NCBI GenBank assembly: GCA_038087875.1
Contig: CM075990.1
Coordinates: forward strand, 930,001 to 994,000
Origin: Malacoraja senta
Taxonomy: Eukaryota
Direction: 5' to 3'
DNA length: 64,000 bases
Below are positions 36,320 to 49,563 of the stretch, piece after piece (position 1 is the stretch's first letter; each line of letters opens with the position of its first letter). Both the position numbers and the translations under genes were made by a program. The notes under the pieces were generated by a model. It did not search any database and was not told where the DNA came from. It saw only the letters and a list, made by a program, of their open reading frames with translations.

Positions 36320-36830
36320 AAACAATAGACAATAGACAATAGGTGCAGGAGTAGGCCATTCAGCCCTTCGAGCCAGCACCGCCATTCAATATGATCATGG
36401 CTGATCATCCCCAATCAGTACCCCGTTCCTGCCTTCTCCCCATATCCCCTGACTCCGCTATTTTTAAGAGCTCTCTCTTGAAAGCATCCAGAGAACCTGC
36501 CTCCACCGCCCTCTGAGGCAGAGAATTCCACAGACTCACCACTCTCTGTGAGAAAAAGTGTTTCCTCGTCTCCGTTCTGAATGGCTTACTCCTTATTCTT
36601 AAACTGTGGCCCCTGGTTCTGGACTCCCCCAACATCGGGAACATGTTTCCTGCCTCTAGCGTGTCCAATCTCTTAACAATCTTATATGTTTCAATGAGAT
36701 TCCCTCTCATCCTTCTAAACTCCAGAGTGTACAAGCCCAGCTGCTCCATTCTCTCAGCATATGACAGTCCCGCCATCCCGGGAATTAACCTTGTAAACCT
36801 ACGCTGCACTCCCTCAATAGCAAGAATTCC
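36320..36830 (-). mobile_element. Young CR1 LINE 3' end
   Basis: [35 protein letters not shown] with the (CTATTGT)n tail; nearly identical to 61460-62225. Confidence 0.95.
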
Positions 36831-37932
36831 TCCTTAATCACCATGAGGCTATGACTCTGTGACTGTTGACAGACTGCTCTATCTCCCCCATTTTATCTGT
36901 CTTCAATCTTTCACCCCCTCACCCTAGAATCAGCCTGAAATAGAGTCCCAACCCAAAACATCGCCTGTCCATGGGCTCCGGGGATGCTGCCTGATCCGTT
37001 GAGTTTGGTTCAGTTTATTTTTAGTTTGGAGACACAGCATGGAAACAGGCCCTTCGGCCCACCGAGTCCATGCTGACCTAATCACGCTTGCTCTATTTAG
37101 TTTCGTTACGTTTAGTTTAGTTTAGAGATACAGCACAGAAACAGGATGTTCGGCCCACCGAGTCCGATCTCTGCACACGAACATTATCCTAAACACATTA
37201 CGGACAAGTTACAATTTTATCGAAGCCAATTAACCTACTCCCCAGTGAGTTATTCACGGTCCCCCTCACTTTCGATGCCCCCCACCCCCGCTCTCAGTCC
37301 CCCTCATTCTCCACAGTCCCGAGAGCATGAAGGGTTGCCAAGAAGTACCTGGCGGGGGGCATGAAGAAGGAAGGGGGGCGGGGGGCCGGGTGGGGGGGCC
37401 ACCTGCTGCCACATGCGGCGGGCGGCAGGCAGTAGATGGGACTATTCAATTAACTTTTTGTTACTTTGTCGGCGCCAGAAACGTGGCGACTCTCGTGTAC
37501 TGCCCAGGTGAGGTCTGCTGTGGGAATTCACTGAGTTGGACCCAAACAAAGCATTCCACTGTAACTAGGTACTTGTGACAATAACGTCTCATTCAATCAT
37601 TGAATTGAGTCATGACTGAATCTTGGTCGGCGTGGGCAAGTTGGTGCTGAAGGGCCCGTGTCCGTGCTGTGTGACTCCATGATTGCTTATGTAGAGTATA
37701 CTGCTGTATCTCCACCAGCTTACCTCTCTTCCAGCTTTCTCCCCCCCCCCCCCCACTTCCCCACAATCAGTCTGACGAAGGGTCTTCACCCAAAATATCC
37801 CCTGTCCAGGGACCCTGCCGGACCTGCTGCGTTCAGTTCTATTTTAGTTTAGACAGACAGCATGGATTGCAAGCCGAAATTCTTGTAACAAGTATATGAC
37901 TGCTTACGTAAAGTATTTGCGTATAATACGTA

Positions 37933-38245
37933 GGGCGGTCACGGTGGTGCAGCGGTAGAGTTGCTGCCTTACAGCGAATGCAGTGCCGGAGACGCGGGTT
38001 CGATCTCGACTACGGGTGCTGTCTATACGGAATTTGTACATTCTCCCCGTGACCTGCATGGGTTTTCGCTGAGATCTTCGGTTTCCTTCCACACTCCAAA
38101 GATGTGCAGGTGTGCAGGTTAATTGGCTTGGTAAATGTAAAAATTGTCCCTAGTGGGTGTAGGATAGTGTTGGTGTGCGGGGATCGCTGGTCGGCGCGGT
38201 CTCGGTGGGCCGAAGGGGCTGTTTCCACGCTGTATCTCTAAACTA
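37933..38245 (+). mobile_element. HE1/V-SINE-type SINE, full length
   Basis: Consensus head, core and tail. Confidence 0.9.
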
Positions 38246-38289
38246 AATACAGCTTACGTATAGTAAAACTTTTACTGAGCTTTGAATCA

Positions 38290-38760
38290 ATGATCACAGA
38301 AATTAGTGGGTTAATATATGATGAGGGTTTGAGGGCACTGGGCCTGTACCCGCTGGAGTTTAGAAGAATGAAGGGGGGGAAACCTCGTTGAAACTTACAG
38401 AATATAGTAACTGGATTGAGTGGATGTGGAGAGGATGTTTCCACTAGTAGAGTCTAGGACCAGAGGCCATAGCCTCAGAATAAAAGGATGTACCTTTAAA
38501 AAGGAAATGAGAAGGAATTTTTTTAGTCGGTGGTGAATCTGTGGAATTCTTTGCCACAGACAGCTGTGGCGGCCAAGTCAGTGGATATTTTTAAGGTGGG
38601 GATTGATAGATTCTTGATTAATATGGTATCAGGGGTTATGGGGAGAAGGCAGGAGAATGGGGTTGAGAGGGAGAGATAGATCAGCCATGACTGAATGGCG
38701 GAGTAGACTTGATGGGCTGAATGGCCGAAATCTGCTCCTGGAATCTATGAATTGATGAAC
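38290..38760 (+). mobile_element. CR1 LINE 3' end
   Basis: Same ORF2 C terminus and 3' UTR as the other copies. Confidence 0.88.
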
Positions 38761-39228
38761 GTTATGCAACAAAGAATTTCACTGTACCTTGATACACATG
38801 ACGATAAAGTACCATTGAACCATTGACTCTGTGTGGAGGAACCGGCCCGATGATGTGATTTAAGTTTGTTGAGTGGAGGAGTGGAGAGGATGATGTGACT
38901 GAACATTTGTTATTCAACAGAGTCTGTGCGGTTTCAGTGATCCCGGTTCGATCCTGATCTCGGGTGCTGTCTGTGTGGAGTTTGCACGTTCTCCCTGTGA
39001 CTGAAAACAGCCTGAAAACGGTAACGTCCAGGTTCAGGAACTGCTTCTTCCCGACAGCCATTAGGCTATTAAACACTGCAGGTGTACAGAAAAGGTGCTG
39101 AGTTAGATAGAGCTCTTAGGGCTAAAGGAATCAAGGGATATGGAGTCAAAAAGGCACAACAGAGGATGTACTTGCTACGGCATCTGAGGAAGCACAATCT
39201 GCCAGGCAGCATCTCTGGAGAACATGGA

Positions 39229-40640
39229 TAGAGTCATAGAGCGACACAGTGTGGAAACAGGCCCTTTGGCCCAACTTGCCCACACCGGCTAACAATGTCC
39301 CAGCTACACTAGTTCCACTTGCCTGCGTTTGGTCCATATCCCTCCAAACCTGTCCTATCCATGTACCTGCCTAACTGTTTCTTAAACGATGGGACAGTCC
39401 CAACCTCAACTACCTCCTCTGGTAGCTCGTTCCATACATCAGGTGTTAAAAAGTTACCCCTCGGATTTCTATAAAATCTTTGCCCCTTCACCTTGAACCT
39501 ATGTTCTCTGGTCCTCGATTCCCCTACTGGGCAAAAGACTGTGCATCTGCCCGATCTATTCCTCTAATGATTTTGTACACCTCTATAAGATTTTCCCTCA
39601 TCCTCCTGCGCTCCATGGAATAGAGTCCCAACCTACTCAACCTCTCCCTATAGCTCTCACCCTCTAGTCCTTGCAACATCCTCTCTGTATAAATCTTCTC
39701 TGTACGCTTTCCAGTTTGACATCTTTCCTATAACATGGTGCCCAGAACTGAACACAATATTCTAAATGCGGTCTCAGGAACATCCTATACAACTGCAACA
39801 TGACCTCCCAACTTCTATACTCAATACTCTGACTGATGACCAAAGTGCCAAAATACTTTTCGACCAACTGATGTACATGCGACTCGACCTTCAAGGAACC
39901 ATGCAACCATCAACCATTCCTCTGCCCACCTGGCTAATTGATCCAGATCCTGCTGCAATCTTTCACAACCATCTTCACTATCAGCAAAACCACTCACTTC
40001 TGTATCATCAGCAAACTTGCTAATCTTGCCCTGTTCTGTCATGTTTCACAGAGTGCTGGAGTAACTCAGCGGGTCAGGCTGAGTATAGAATTTGGGAGGT
40101 CATGTTGCAGTTGCATAAGAAGTTGGTGAGGCCGCATTCAGAGTATTGTGTTCAGTTCTGGGCACCATGTTATACGAAAGATGTCATCAAACTGGAAATG
40201 GTACAGTGAAGATTTACGAAGACGTTGCCAGGACTAGAGGGACAGAGCTATAGGGAGAGGTTGAGTAGGCTGGGACTCTATTTCATGGAGCACAGGAGGA
40301 TGAGGGATGATCTAATAGAGTTGTATAAAATCATGATTTGAATAGATATGGTTGAGTAGGTGAATCGAGGAGCAGAGGACATAAGTTTAAGATGAAGGGG
40401 AAAAGATTTAATAGGAATCTGAGGGGTATATTTTTCACACAAAGGGTGGTAGATGTATGGAACAAGCTGCCAGAGGAGGTAGTTGAGGCAGGGACTATCG
40501 CAACATTTAAGAAACAGTTAGACAGGTACATGGATAGGACAGGTTTGGAGGGATATGGATCAAACGTGGGCAGGTGGGACTAGTGTAGATGGGACATGCT
40601 GGGCCGAAGGGCCTGTTTCCACACTGTATCACTATGACTC
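39229..40640. mobile_element. Two related CR1/HER1-type LINE 3' ends in opposite orientation (39229-40030 minus, 40080-40640 plus)
   Basis: Both carry LQL...[16 protein letters not shown] and the GGGCCTGTTTCCACACTG tail shared with the SINEs. Confidence 0.88.
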
Positions 40641-41779
40641 TATCTATCTTTCCCTCTCAAACCCATTCTCCTGCCTTCTCCCCATTACCTCTGACACCCG
40701 TATCAATCATCAATCTCCTCCTGAAAAATGTCCCCTGAGGCTGTGGCCACTGGTCCTAGACTCTCCCACTAGTGGAAACATCCTCTCCACATCCACTCCA
40801 TCCAGGCTTTTACCAGGCTGGGGCAGACTGCAACAGCTTCACACCGTGTCCCAAACCTTGTGTCCTGTAACTGCATCACCCAAGGCAGCAGAGACGTTAT
40901 CGGAGAGGGCAAGCACCGTCACAAAGTAGCTCACGATGGTTTGGGTAACATTAAGGAATGTCTATGCATGTCACATCATGAATATTACTGAAGAAGGGTC
41001 TTGACCCGAAATATAATCTATACATTTTCTTCGGAGATGCTGCCTGACCCACTGAGTTACTCCAGCACTCTGTGAAATTTCACCTATCCATATTCTCCAC
41101 AGATGCTGCCTGACCCACTGAGTTACTCCAGCACTTTGTGTCTATTTTCCCTTCACCCATCTGCCCAAGCCCACCCTCCCCCCTCCTGTCCTATGTTCCT
41201 TTCCACCCATAAACCTCTCTCTGCCTTTACATTTCACTCCTCTTTCAAATCTGCTCTACTTATCTACATGCATTTTTCTTCTTAACTTTTTAGTCATAGA
41301 GTGATGCAGTGTGGAAACAGGCCCTTCAGCCCAACTTGCCCACACCGACCAACATGTCCCATCTACACTGGTCCCACTCACATGCGTTTGGCCCTTATCC
41401 ATCTAAACCTGTCCTATCCATGTACTTATCCAAATGTCTCTGAAACATTAGGATAGTCCCAGCCTTAACTACCTCCTCTGGCAGCTCATTCCATACATCC
41501 ACCACCCTTTGTGTGAAAAAGCTACCTCAGATTCCTGTTAATTTCTGAAATATTGGTCATAATTTGGTGCAAAAATGCTCCAAAATAAGGCCCAGGATGC
41601 ATCAGAGAGCATCTAAAACCCCAGAGCTCCCAGGGCCCGCTTAAGGGCCCAGGACCCGTGACATCGAGGGACTTCATGCTCGTGATGTGCGCAGTGAGCA
41701 CATTATTTCACGTTAAAGATTTTGTAATACTGTCATGCCACCCCACTTTTTGTAAAGCTTCGTACGGGCCTGCATTGGG

Positions 41780-42199
41780 AAGAAAAACGTAAGCAGTAGT
41801 TTTCAGAACCAAGAATAACCGACCGGTAATGTTGATGTCCGCCGAGCTTCACAGCCGTATATCTCTGGCCACTTAAAAGTTGTATCCACTCCTTCTCCCC
41901 CTTCTCTCCCATCTCCCCCTCTCCCCCTCTCCCCCCATTTTTAAAGGACTTACGTGACTCTTCCTGTACACTCTGCTTTCACCATTTTAATTACAGCGCC
42001 AACCTTCCTGTTCATCGCGGTGTGTGTCTGTATCACATTGGCTTTGCACCGTGTGAATTTCACTCAGTCAGCGCTCCCACCGCTTGCCCTGCCCCGCCTG
42101 CATAACGGGCTGGTGAAGGAAGCGATGTGTGTGCGTGTGTGTTCCACTCTGACAGTCGCCAGCAATCGCCTGAAAAATCGTCTAAGTGGGACAGGCCCA
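41780..42199. mobile_element. Harbinger-type element, right end only
   Basis: Ends AAGTGGGACAGGCCCA followed by TAA; left boundary uncertain. Confidence 0.6.
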
Positions 42200-42329
42200 T
42201 AAGGGTAGAGAAAGGAACTGCAGATGCTGGTTTACACCGAAGATCTTCAGTTTAATAAGTTTGGTTTAATATAACCTTCGGTTCAATGTTCGGTTTAATA
42301 CAACCTTTGGTTTAGTCAGGCCTAATTGC

Positions 42330-43380
42330 ACTTTATATAGGTATGTTACAAAACTTACCTTCAGTCGCGCTGTAATTCTGCCACTGGCCGTGTGCGCGAT
42401 TTTGGCGCCTTTAAGGGGGGGCGGGGTTAAAACGCGGGTTTCTCCTCCCTTGTCCTGGTTAATATTTTGTTGGAGTACAAGCGTTGGCTGAAGAATCGTT
42501 CCTTGTGGCCTTTTGTGTATTTTTTATTTTTATTAAATCGTCAATGTCAGCGCTAGAGTAATTTTAAAATCAGCTCCTGAAGCGTCAACGCCGATAACGG
42601 GGACGGATTTCACACACGGGACAGGTAAACGAAAGTGGTTTCTTTAAATGTATAAAAGTGCTTCTTAAGAAGCCTTTAATTCACAATTTTTCATGCGACA
42701 TGGTGATTTTATTCCCCGAATTAACGGCAGTATTTTTCATGCCAATACGGGGTTAAATTCACCGCAAATGAACGTTCCAAAAGATCGCGTTCCAGAAAAC
42801 CTCACTCACAAGATGATTTAAATCCCCATTAATTTACAGGTATTAAACATTCAATTCCTTCCATTTGGCCTGTAAATTTATGAAAATGAGATTTAAAAAT
42901 TATGTTATATTGTGAATTATTGTGTGAATGTTATTTGGACACTTAGGCTATTTAAAAATGTTAATCTATTCTTAAGAAATTGGTAGATGTTTAGATCTAG
43001 TAATTGAATTTTGTAATTAGCTACAATTAGGTAACTAGCTAATTATATGCTTTATTTTCATGTCTTCTAAGTAAGATTGTTTCATATTTGTTTCAGAATG
43101 CTTCAATCTATAATAACTGAAAAATTATTTCAGTTATCTTAATTTTTAAGAAAGTTATGGGCTTTTAACTGTCCTCGATCACAGCTTTTGTGTTAAGTCA
43201 ATGGAAAAGCAATAGGGAACAAGATGCTAATTTCCGAGTATGAAAATGGCCATAACTTCTTTAATACTGAAGATATGAAAGTGAATTAGGTGTCAAATTA
43301 AACTTCTTTTTATGCTTTATCTGATGGGATAAATTGCAGACTTTATTTTTAAAATCTCAAAATTTTGTAACATTGCTACT
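42330..43380. mobile_element. Probable non-autonomous DNA transposon remnant (Kolobok-like)
   Basis: Partial inverted match ATGTTACAAAA (~42342) and TTTTGTAACAT (~43363), AT-rich interior, no ORF; superfamily assignment is a guess. Confidence 0.4.
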
Positions 43381-43964
43381 TTATACTGGAGGGTATTCCT
43401 GAGAGCTCAAAAATGCTCTACCATCCCAAAATCCCTAGTACCCTGTAGTGTTCACATTACAATGATACACAGGGATTCTAAAGTTGCACAATTAATAATC
43501 ACGATCCTATTCTCTGCAATCGGAGATCGCGACCATGAGTTATTGATTTAAATTGTTCTTGTCTGAATACTACCTGGATTGGAGGTATTAGCTACAAGGA
43601 AGTATGTCTACTTGGAAGAAGTTCTCCTCCTCTCTCCGACGAGAGCTCTGCAACATCTTCTCTCACTGCTCCCCATCCGTGCGAGATCTCACTATGTATC
43701 TCTCTATATCACCATCTCCATCCTTCTCTGCCTCAGAGGGCGGTGGAGGCAGGTTCTCTGGATGTTTTCAAGAGAGAGCTAGATAGGGCTCTTACAAATA
43801 GGGGAGTCACGGGATATGGGGAGAAGGCAGGAACAGGGTACTGATTGGGGATGATCAGCCATGATCACATTGAATGGCGGTGCTGGCTCAAAGGGCTGAA
43901 TGGCCTACTCCTGCACTTATTGTCTATTGTCTATTGTCTATTTCCCTTTCTCCTGACTCTCATA

Positions 43965-44330
43965 AGGTCATAAGGAATAGGCCCAAGTCTACTCCGCCAT
44001 TCAATCATGGCTGATCTATCTCTCCCTCCTAACCCCATTCTCCTGCCTTCTCCCCATAACCTCTGACACTCGTACTAATCACTGCCTTAAAAATATCCAC
44101 TGACTTGGCCTCCACAGCCTTCTGTGGCAAAAAATTCCACAGATTCACCACCCTCTGACGAAATAAATTTCTCCTCATCTCCTTCCTAAAACAACATCCT
44201 TTAATTCGGAGGCTATGACCTCTAGTCCTAGACTCTCCCATTACTGGAAACATCCTCTCCACATCCACTCTATCTAAGCCTTTCACTAATCTGTATGTTT
44301 CAATTAGGTCCCCCCTCATTCTTCTAAACT
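43965..44330 (-). mobile_element. CR1 LINE 3' end
   Basis: [32 protein letters not shown]. Confidence 0.9.
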
Positions 44331-44703
44331 CAGTCTGAAGAAGGGTTTCGACCCGAAACGTCACCCAGAGCCCTAGTGAGACCACACCTGGAGTATTGTG
44401 TGCAGTTTTGGTCCCCTAATTTGAGGAAGGACATTCTTGTTATTGAGGGAGTGCAGCGTAGGTTTACAAGGTTAATAGCAAGATTAAACGAGAACTTACC
44501 AGTTTGAAGTTTGATCTTTATTTTATGAGGAGTTACGTAGGTGATTACGTGAAGAACCCCGCCAGTGCGCCTGCGCGTCAATCTTCAAAGCAGCGGTGTG
44601 AAATCACAAAAAACAACAACCGAAGTAATATAGTCTCATAATAAAATGAGTAATACAAGAACTTCCATCTGACCTTTATGATAGAGGGTAGGGTCGTGGT
44701 GGG

Positions 44704-44815
44704 CACGTAATCACCTACGTAACTCCTCATAAAATAAAGATCAAACTTCAAACTGGTAAGTTCTCGTTTAATCTTACTATTTTACTTCGGAGTCACGTGA
44801 GTGACTACGTGAAGA
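44704..44815. other. DIRS internal complementary region (ICR)
   Basis: Its reverse complement equals the right terminus (TCTTCACGTAGTCACTCACGTGACTCCGAAGTAAAAT) joined to the left terminus (AG[T/C]AAGATTAAACGAGAAC...GATTACGTG). Confidence 0.95.
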
Positions 44816-44989
44816 TTTTAAAGCTTTGTGATTTCATGCCGTAGATCAATCCCGGCTTCTCACTGCATTGATTGACTCGGAACGAGAATAATCAATCATG
44901 CATTCATAATAACATTTGTACCACAAATGCAGTAATTCATTTCAATAATTTACACAGAACTTAAAATAGTTTCTGCAAACAACCCCGCA

Positions 44990-46500
44990 TTAACAATAGG
45001 CCGATGGTAAAAATGTTGAAACATCAACTCATTGGACCACCCGGCGGCTGCGAGGATATGGTCGACGGGGACGTCTTTTGCCCTGGCCGCCGACGTTTCT
45101 GCTGCCCTAGTCGAGTGAGACATAAAAACATGTGTTAATACCAGCAGCTGTTAAGACTTCTTTTATCCATCTGGAAATAGTCTGTATTGAAACTCTCTTG
45201 TGTGGTTTCTTGTGTGTGATCAACAACACAGTTTCCGTATTTCTCAAATTCTTTGTGACCTCAATGTATTGTAACAAATATGTCTTAACACAGAGACAAG
45301 GATCATTTGGATATGTTGCTAGCATAATTTTAAATCCTGTCACACCTGGCCTAATTTGCTTTAGTAAGTCATAGATATAGAATGTAACCTTGTCTTCAGT
45401 TACTTCCATACTGTCTATTTGTAATTTTCCAAGTGTTTGCACTCGTTGTGCTGTCACTCATGCCATAAGCATGAATACTTTCATACTGAGCTTGGCCAAA
45501 GGTAAAGACTAACTTGGTGACCATTCACGAAGTAGTTTCAGTACCACACTTATGGCTCTGTCTTACCTGTTTGCGGTCATCGGCGGTAATGCGCGGCGTC
45601 GCCGGTAGCGAGGACCGCGCGGCAACGGCGAGAGCGTCGAGCCTACCCACCGGAGCGCCGCACAGATGTTGCGCGGGGGCCGAGTTAATTCAAACACGGC
45701 GGGTCCCACATGCTTGCGGTAAGTAAAAAAAGGGCGGGCCGACTGCGATGACGTTGGCCCCCCGCACGTGACTCACCAGCGGCGGCTGTGGCGGCGGCCA
45801 TCCTGATCGCGGCGCTGTAGCGGTGGCTGTGACTACGGCCACGCAGCACACGTGCCTCACTGGCGGCGGCACGTGCGTCACTGGCGGAGGCTGTGGCAGA
45901 GGAGGTTTGACGCACGGCGCTCGACCCACACTGGCGGTGGCCCGTGCGAGCGGCCGTGCGCACTCGTGCATCACTGGTGGAGGTTGTGCGGTGAGTATAG
46001 TGTTTTCGACATTGTCGATTTTATTTTTGCACCGCGCGGTGTTGGGAACACCGTTGCACGGCCCGGGAATTGTTCTTTCTCACGAGTGCGCGGTCTATGG
46101 CGGCAGATTCTTCCCGTTTCGCCACCAATGACCGCAGATTCGTGAGACAGGCCTTTAACATCCCAGATTGTCATGTACCTAGGTTTCGGTGGTTTGGAAT
46201 TAAAGATTCCTTTCATTAGTCTGGAAACAATTGGGTGTGACCCAATTGGGTTTCTTTCTGAATCCAGAACCAAATATGAGGACAATGCACTTCTGGCTGA
46301 ATTAATTGCACTACAACTCAGACCTTCATCATAATAAAGTTTTGACAGAAATTCTAAACATTTGAAATATCTGCAGTACTATATTGCACATTCTTTTGTA
46401 CACAGAACTCTTCCCATTTCTTAATATAAAAAAGGTACTGTTTTTGAGTGCTCTTCCTCCAGGCTGCCGTAAGCATGTCCACAGTACGCTCAGACAGTCC
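44990..46500 (-). pseudogene. DIRS tyrosine recombinase, interrupted by a MITE
   Basis: RSALSSYL..IGSHPIVSRLMKGIFNSKPPKPRY..IWDV, TAQRVQTL, HSTRAA.TSAA and ILAAAGWS....FQHFY (R..HxxR..W..Y catalytic set). Confidence 0.9.
45553..46155 (-). mobile_element. Harbinger-type MITE inside the DIRS recombinase, same subfamily as 28003-28546
   Basis: TIRs TGGCTCTGTCTTACC.GTTTGCGGTCAT / ATGACCGCAGATTCGTGAGACAGGCCTT with TWA flanks; interior resembles the reverse complement of 28003-28546. Confidence 0.88.
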
Positions 46501-46520
46501 TCGCCCCAGAAAAGGCCTTC

Positions 46521-46940
46521 TTAAAACCTGCAAATCAACAAGTCCAAACGATCATATAATGGATGTTGTTCCCCTGTTACAGGGTGCAGCAATAAATTAC
46601 TCCTTTTTGGGACTTTCATCAACATTTGTGTTGTTAATTCTAATATCAACAGATACCATGGCTGTATAGGCCAATCTGGTACTACCAATACCCCTGAAGC
46701 AGCATCTTGCCTGATTTTAAGCAAACATTGGCTTATGAGGCAGAAAAGTGGAAATATATATGAAAACATACCACCCCAATGTAGCGAGAAAGCATCAATC
46801 GCCACTGCTCCTGGATCTGATTCGCATGAGACATATCTCGATAGCTGATGATTCAGTCTAGATGCGAACAAGTCGATGTCGGGCATTCCAAATCTGATTA
46901 CTATATCATTGAATACCTCTCGATTCAACATCCATTCTTA
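46521..46940 (-). pseudogene. DIRS DAM-like methyltransferase domain
   Basis: PDIDLFASRLNHQLSRYVS..PGAVAIDAFSLHW...YIFPLFCLI..CLLKI..LVVPDWP.QPWY. Confidence 0.85.
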
Positions 46941-46959
46941 TTATCATGGAACTTTCGTG

Positions 46960-48400
46960 ACCTGGTGTCTGCTATCGTGTTCATTCTACCTGGTAGTTAG
47001 ATAGCTGAAATCCAAATGTTCTTTTCAATATACCCAGACCAAAGTTGATTAGCCATTTTGTCACATGACCCCAACTTGATTCCACCCATATCATTAATAT
47101 AGGCAACTGCTGTTGTGTTTATCAATTTGAACTTGAACATGCCTTTTAGTTGTGTTAGAACAATAAGCTTGGAGTCCATAGAAACATCCTAAAACTCCAA
47201 ATAATTAACTCCCCATGTCTGCAGTAACAATGACTCTTCCTGATTCCATCTGCCTCCGCAGCTAGATGCTAAGTCAGTTGCACCCCATCCTAGTGCACTG
47301 GCATCAGTTTGTAATATCATGGAAGGTTGTTCAATCAGCACTTTGCTGGAACTGCTTGAGACATGTAGAATCCACCACTGCAGATCAGAAACAGCATTTG
47401 TTGTTAGTTGCATGGTTCTATCAAAATGACCAGCATGCATTCTCAGTGCCTGTTCTTTGACTCCCTGCAGCTGTTGATAATGTAATGGTCCGTATTGGAC
47501 TGCTGGGAATGCTGCTACTAATTTTCCCAGTATTCGAGCCACCTGTCTGATTGAGGGTTTTTGCTCGTTTAACAGATTACTGCAATCTTTAATCAACTCC
47601 ACCCTTTTTTCACTGGGCAAAGTAATTTTCATTTGGACTGAATCAATTGTGAACCCCAAATAATCAATCGAGGTACATGGTGTTAACCTTGATTTCTTTG
47701 GATGAATTAGAAACCCCAAACTTTCAAAAGTTGATTTCACAACTGCAACAGATGCTTCTGTTGACTGTTTTGTCCTTCCTATAATCAGGACATCATCCAA
47801 GTATGCCATTAGTACATGCCCCTGGCTTCTCAGCAACCCCAGAATTGGTTTTAACAATTTTGTGAATATTCTGGGAGCGGACGTTAACCCATTAGGCAAA
47901 GCTTTGAACTGCCATAACTGGTTCATCCATGTAAATTTAAGATACTTCCTATCTTCCGAGTAAAAAGACACTGAATAATATGTATCTTTTAAATCTATAG
48001 TTGTCATATGACATGCTTCTGAAATAAGTTGTTTGGCAGTCACAAATGTCTCCCTTTTTAAATGTTTAAATTAAACAAAAGGATTCAGACTTGTCAAGTC
48101 TAGAATAATCCTACATCCTCCATCCTTTTTTGATCAAGGGAATATATTTGACACAAATTGGTGAATTTGGTAGACTGATTCTTCAATAACACCTTTTATA
48201 TATAGGGTTTGAAACGCAGCTTGAACCTCCATCACTTCTTTTTGTGCAAAGTGGAGAGTTCTGCTAGGAACATACTGGACAGGCAAATCATAATTTGAAT
48301 TGAATTCAATTCGAAATCCTTGTATACTATTCAGAATTACCACATCTGAAGTAATCTTCTTCCAATTGTTATAGAAGAGATGTAATCTGCCTCCAACTTT
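46960..48400 (-). pseudogene. DIRS reverse transcriptase and RNase H
   Basis: IDLKDTYY, ALPNGLTSAPRIFTK, AYLDDVLI, YLGFTIDS and ILQTDASALGWGA. Confidence 0.95.
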
Positions 48401-48405
48401 TGGAC

Positions 48406-49563
48406 TTAAGTTAGTATGTTCCCATGAGAACCAGGTCCACCTACCTCTTGAGTCATTTGAGTACTCTGAGATCCCTGGATTCTACCAGAAGCACCCCCAC
48501 TGGTTCTTGCTCCCGCTGCAGGCCGCCAGCTACGTCCCTGCATTAATGAGCGACTTGGTCCTGGTCCAGGATCCGTATGATGTCTGAAAGGATACTTCCT
48601 CTTTACAGACTTTACAACCATTGATGTTTTCATCAATCCTGTTTTCGCTTCATCTTCCAACTCTTTAATACGTCTCCCGAGATCCTCTCCAAAGAGTAAG
48701 TTGGGTAATTGTACATTACTTGGTTTGCAGAGTGCTGCGAATTTTGGATTCATAGTAGGCCGTATAGCACCTTTCCTCAGACAATTGATCTCGAAGTGGG
48801 TGCTGCATAGCAACCCCAGTGCTTCCTGATGCAACTCCGTCATCTCTTGGCTTTTATCCGCTATTCTGGCAAAAGCAGTTATTCCAGAACCCAGCAGCTT
48901 TAATATTCTCTGCAATTTCAATTCTTGAGTTCTCATAGTCATACTCAATTCATATTTTCTTGCATTCTCATCCATCTCCTACTGTTCCAGCTGATGGGAA
49001 ACCAAGTAATTTATTAGGGAGGCAAATTCTTCTCCTAATGGCTCTCCTGACCCTGACGGGGCAGCGAATCGTACTGCCAGGGATGGAACATCTGGCAGCT
49101 GCCGTTCTTCGCCTTGTACAGCCTCACCGTCAGAGTCGGGGTCTGAAATCTCATGACCCGTGGCACGTCCCTCATCCCTGAGGGTGCATTCTATCAGCCC
49201 TGTACCAGGAGCTGTTGAGCTGCTTCCAGCAGCTTGGATTTCAGTACACTCTTACCTGAGTGTGCTTCGCTCCAACAGCCTATGTAGCAGGCTTTCCATT
49301 TGGGCAATACGCTTAAAAGCAGTATCTAGCCCTGGAGCTTCTTCCATTTCCATTTCCTGGGACTCCTCCTCCGTGGCCCGTTTAGATTTGAACTTGGCCT
49401 TGCGCCCGACAGGCGCTGACTGACCCAGGTCCACAGTCGCTATGCTCACCGCTGGCGACTGTACCGGGGTTAGAGGCGGTTGGTCGCTAACCGCAGACTC
49501 CCGACTTTCCCAACTTTCTGTCGGCTGAGTCGCTCACCTCTTCCCCCTGCCCGTTTTTTCCAT
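48406..49563 (-). pseudogene. DIRS gag-like ORF1, interrupted by stops and frameshifts
   Basis: Upstream of RT; ends with a DIRS gag-like segment ALGLL...EINCLRK..IRP....LLFGEDL. Confidence 0.7.

Noticed and set aside
37933..38010. tRNA gene
   Set aside because: A and B boxes are present, but this is the tRNA-derived head of a SINE and continues into the V-SINE core.
49250..49258. Splice donor inside the DIRS gag-like ORF
   Set aside because: Coding-like sequence continues in frame past the TAA, so a nonsense mutation is the simpler explanation.
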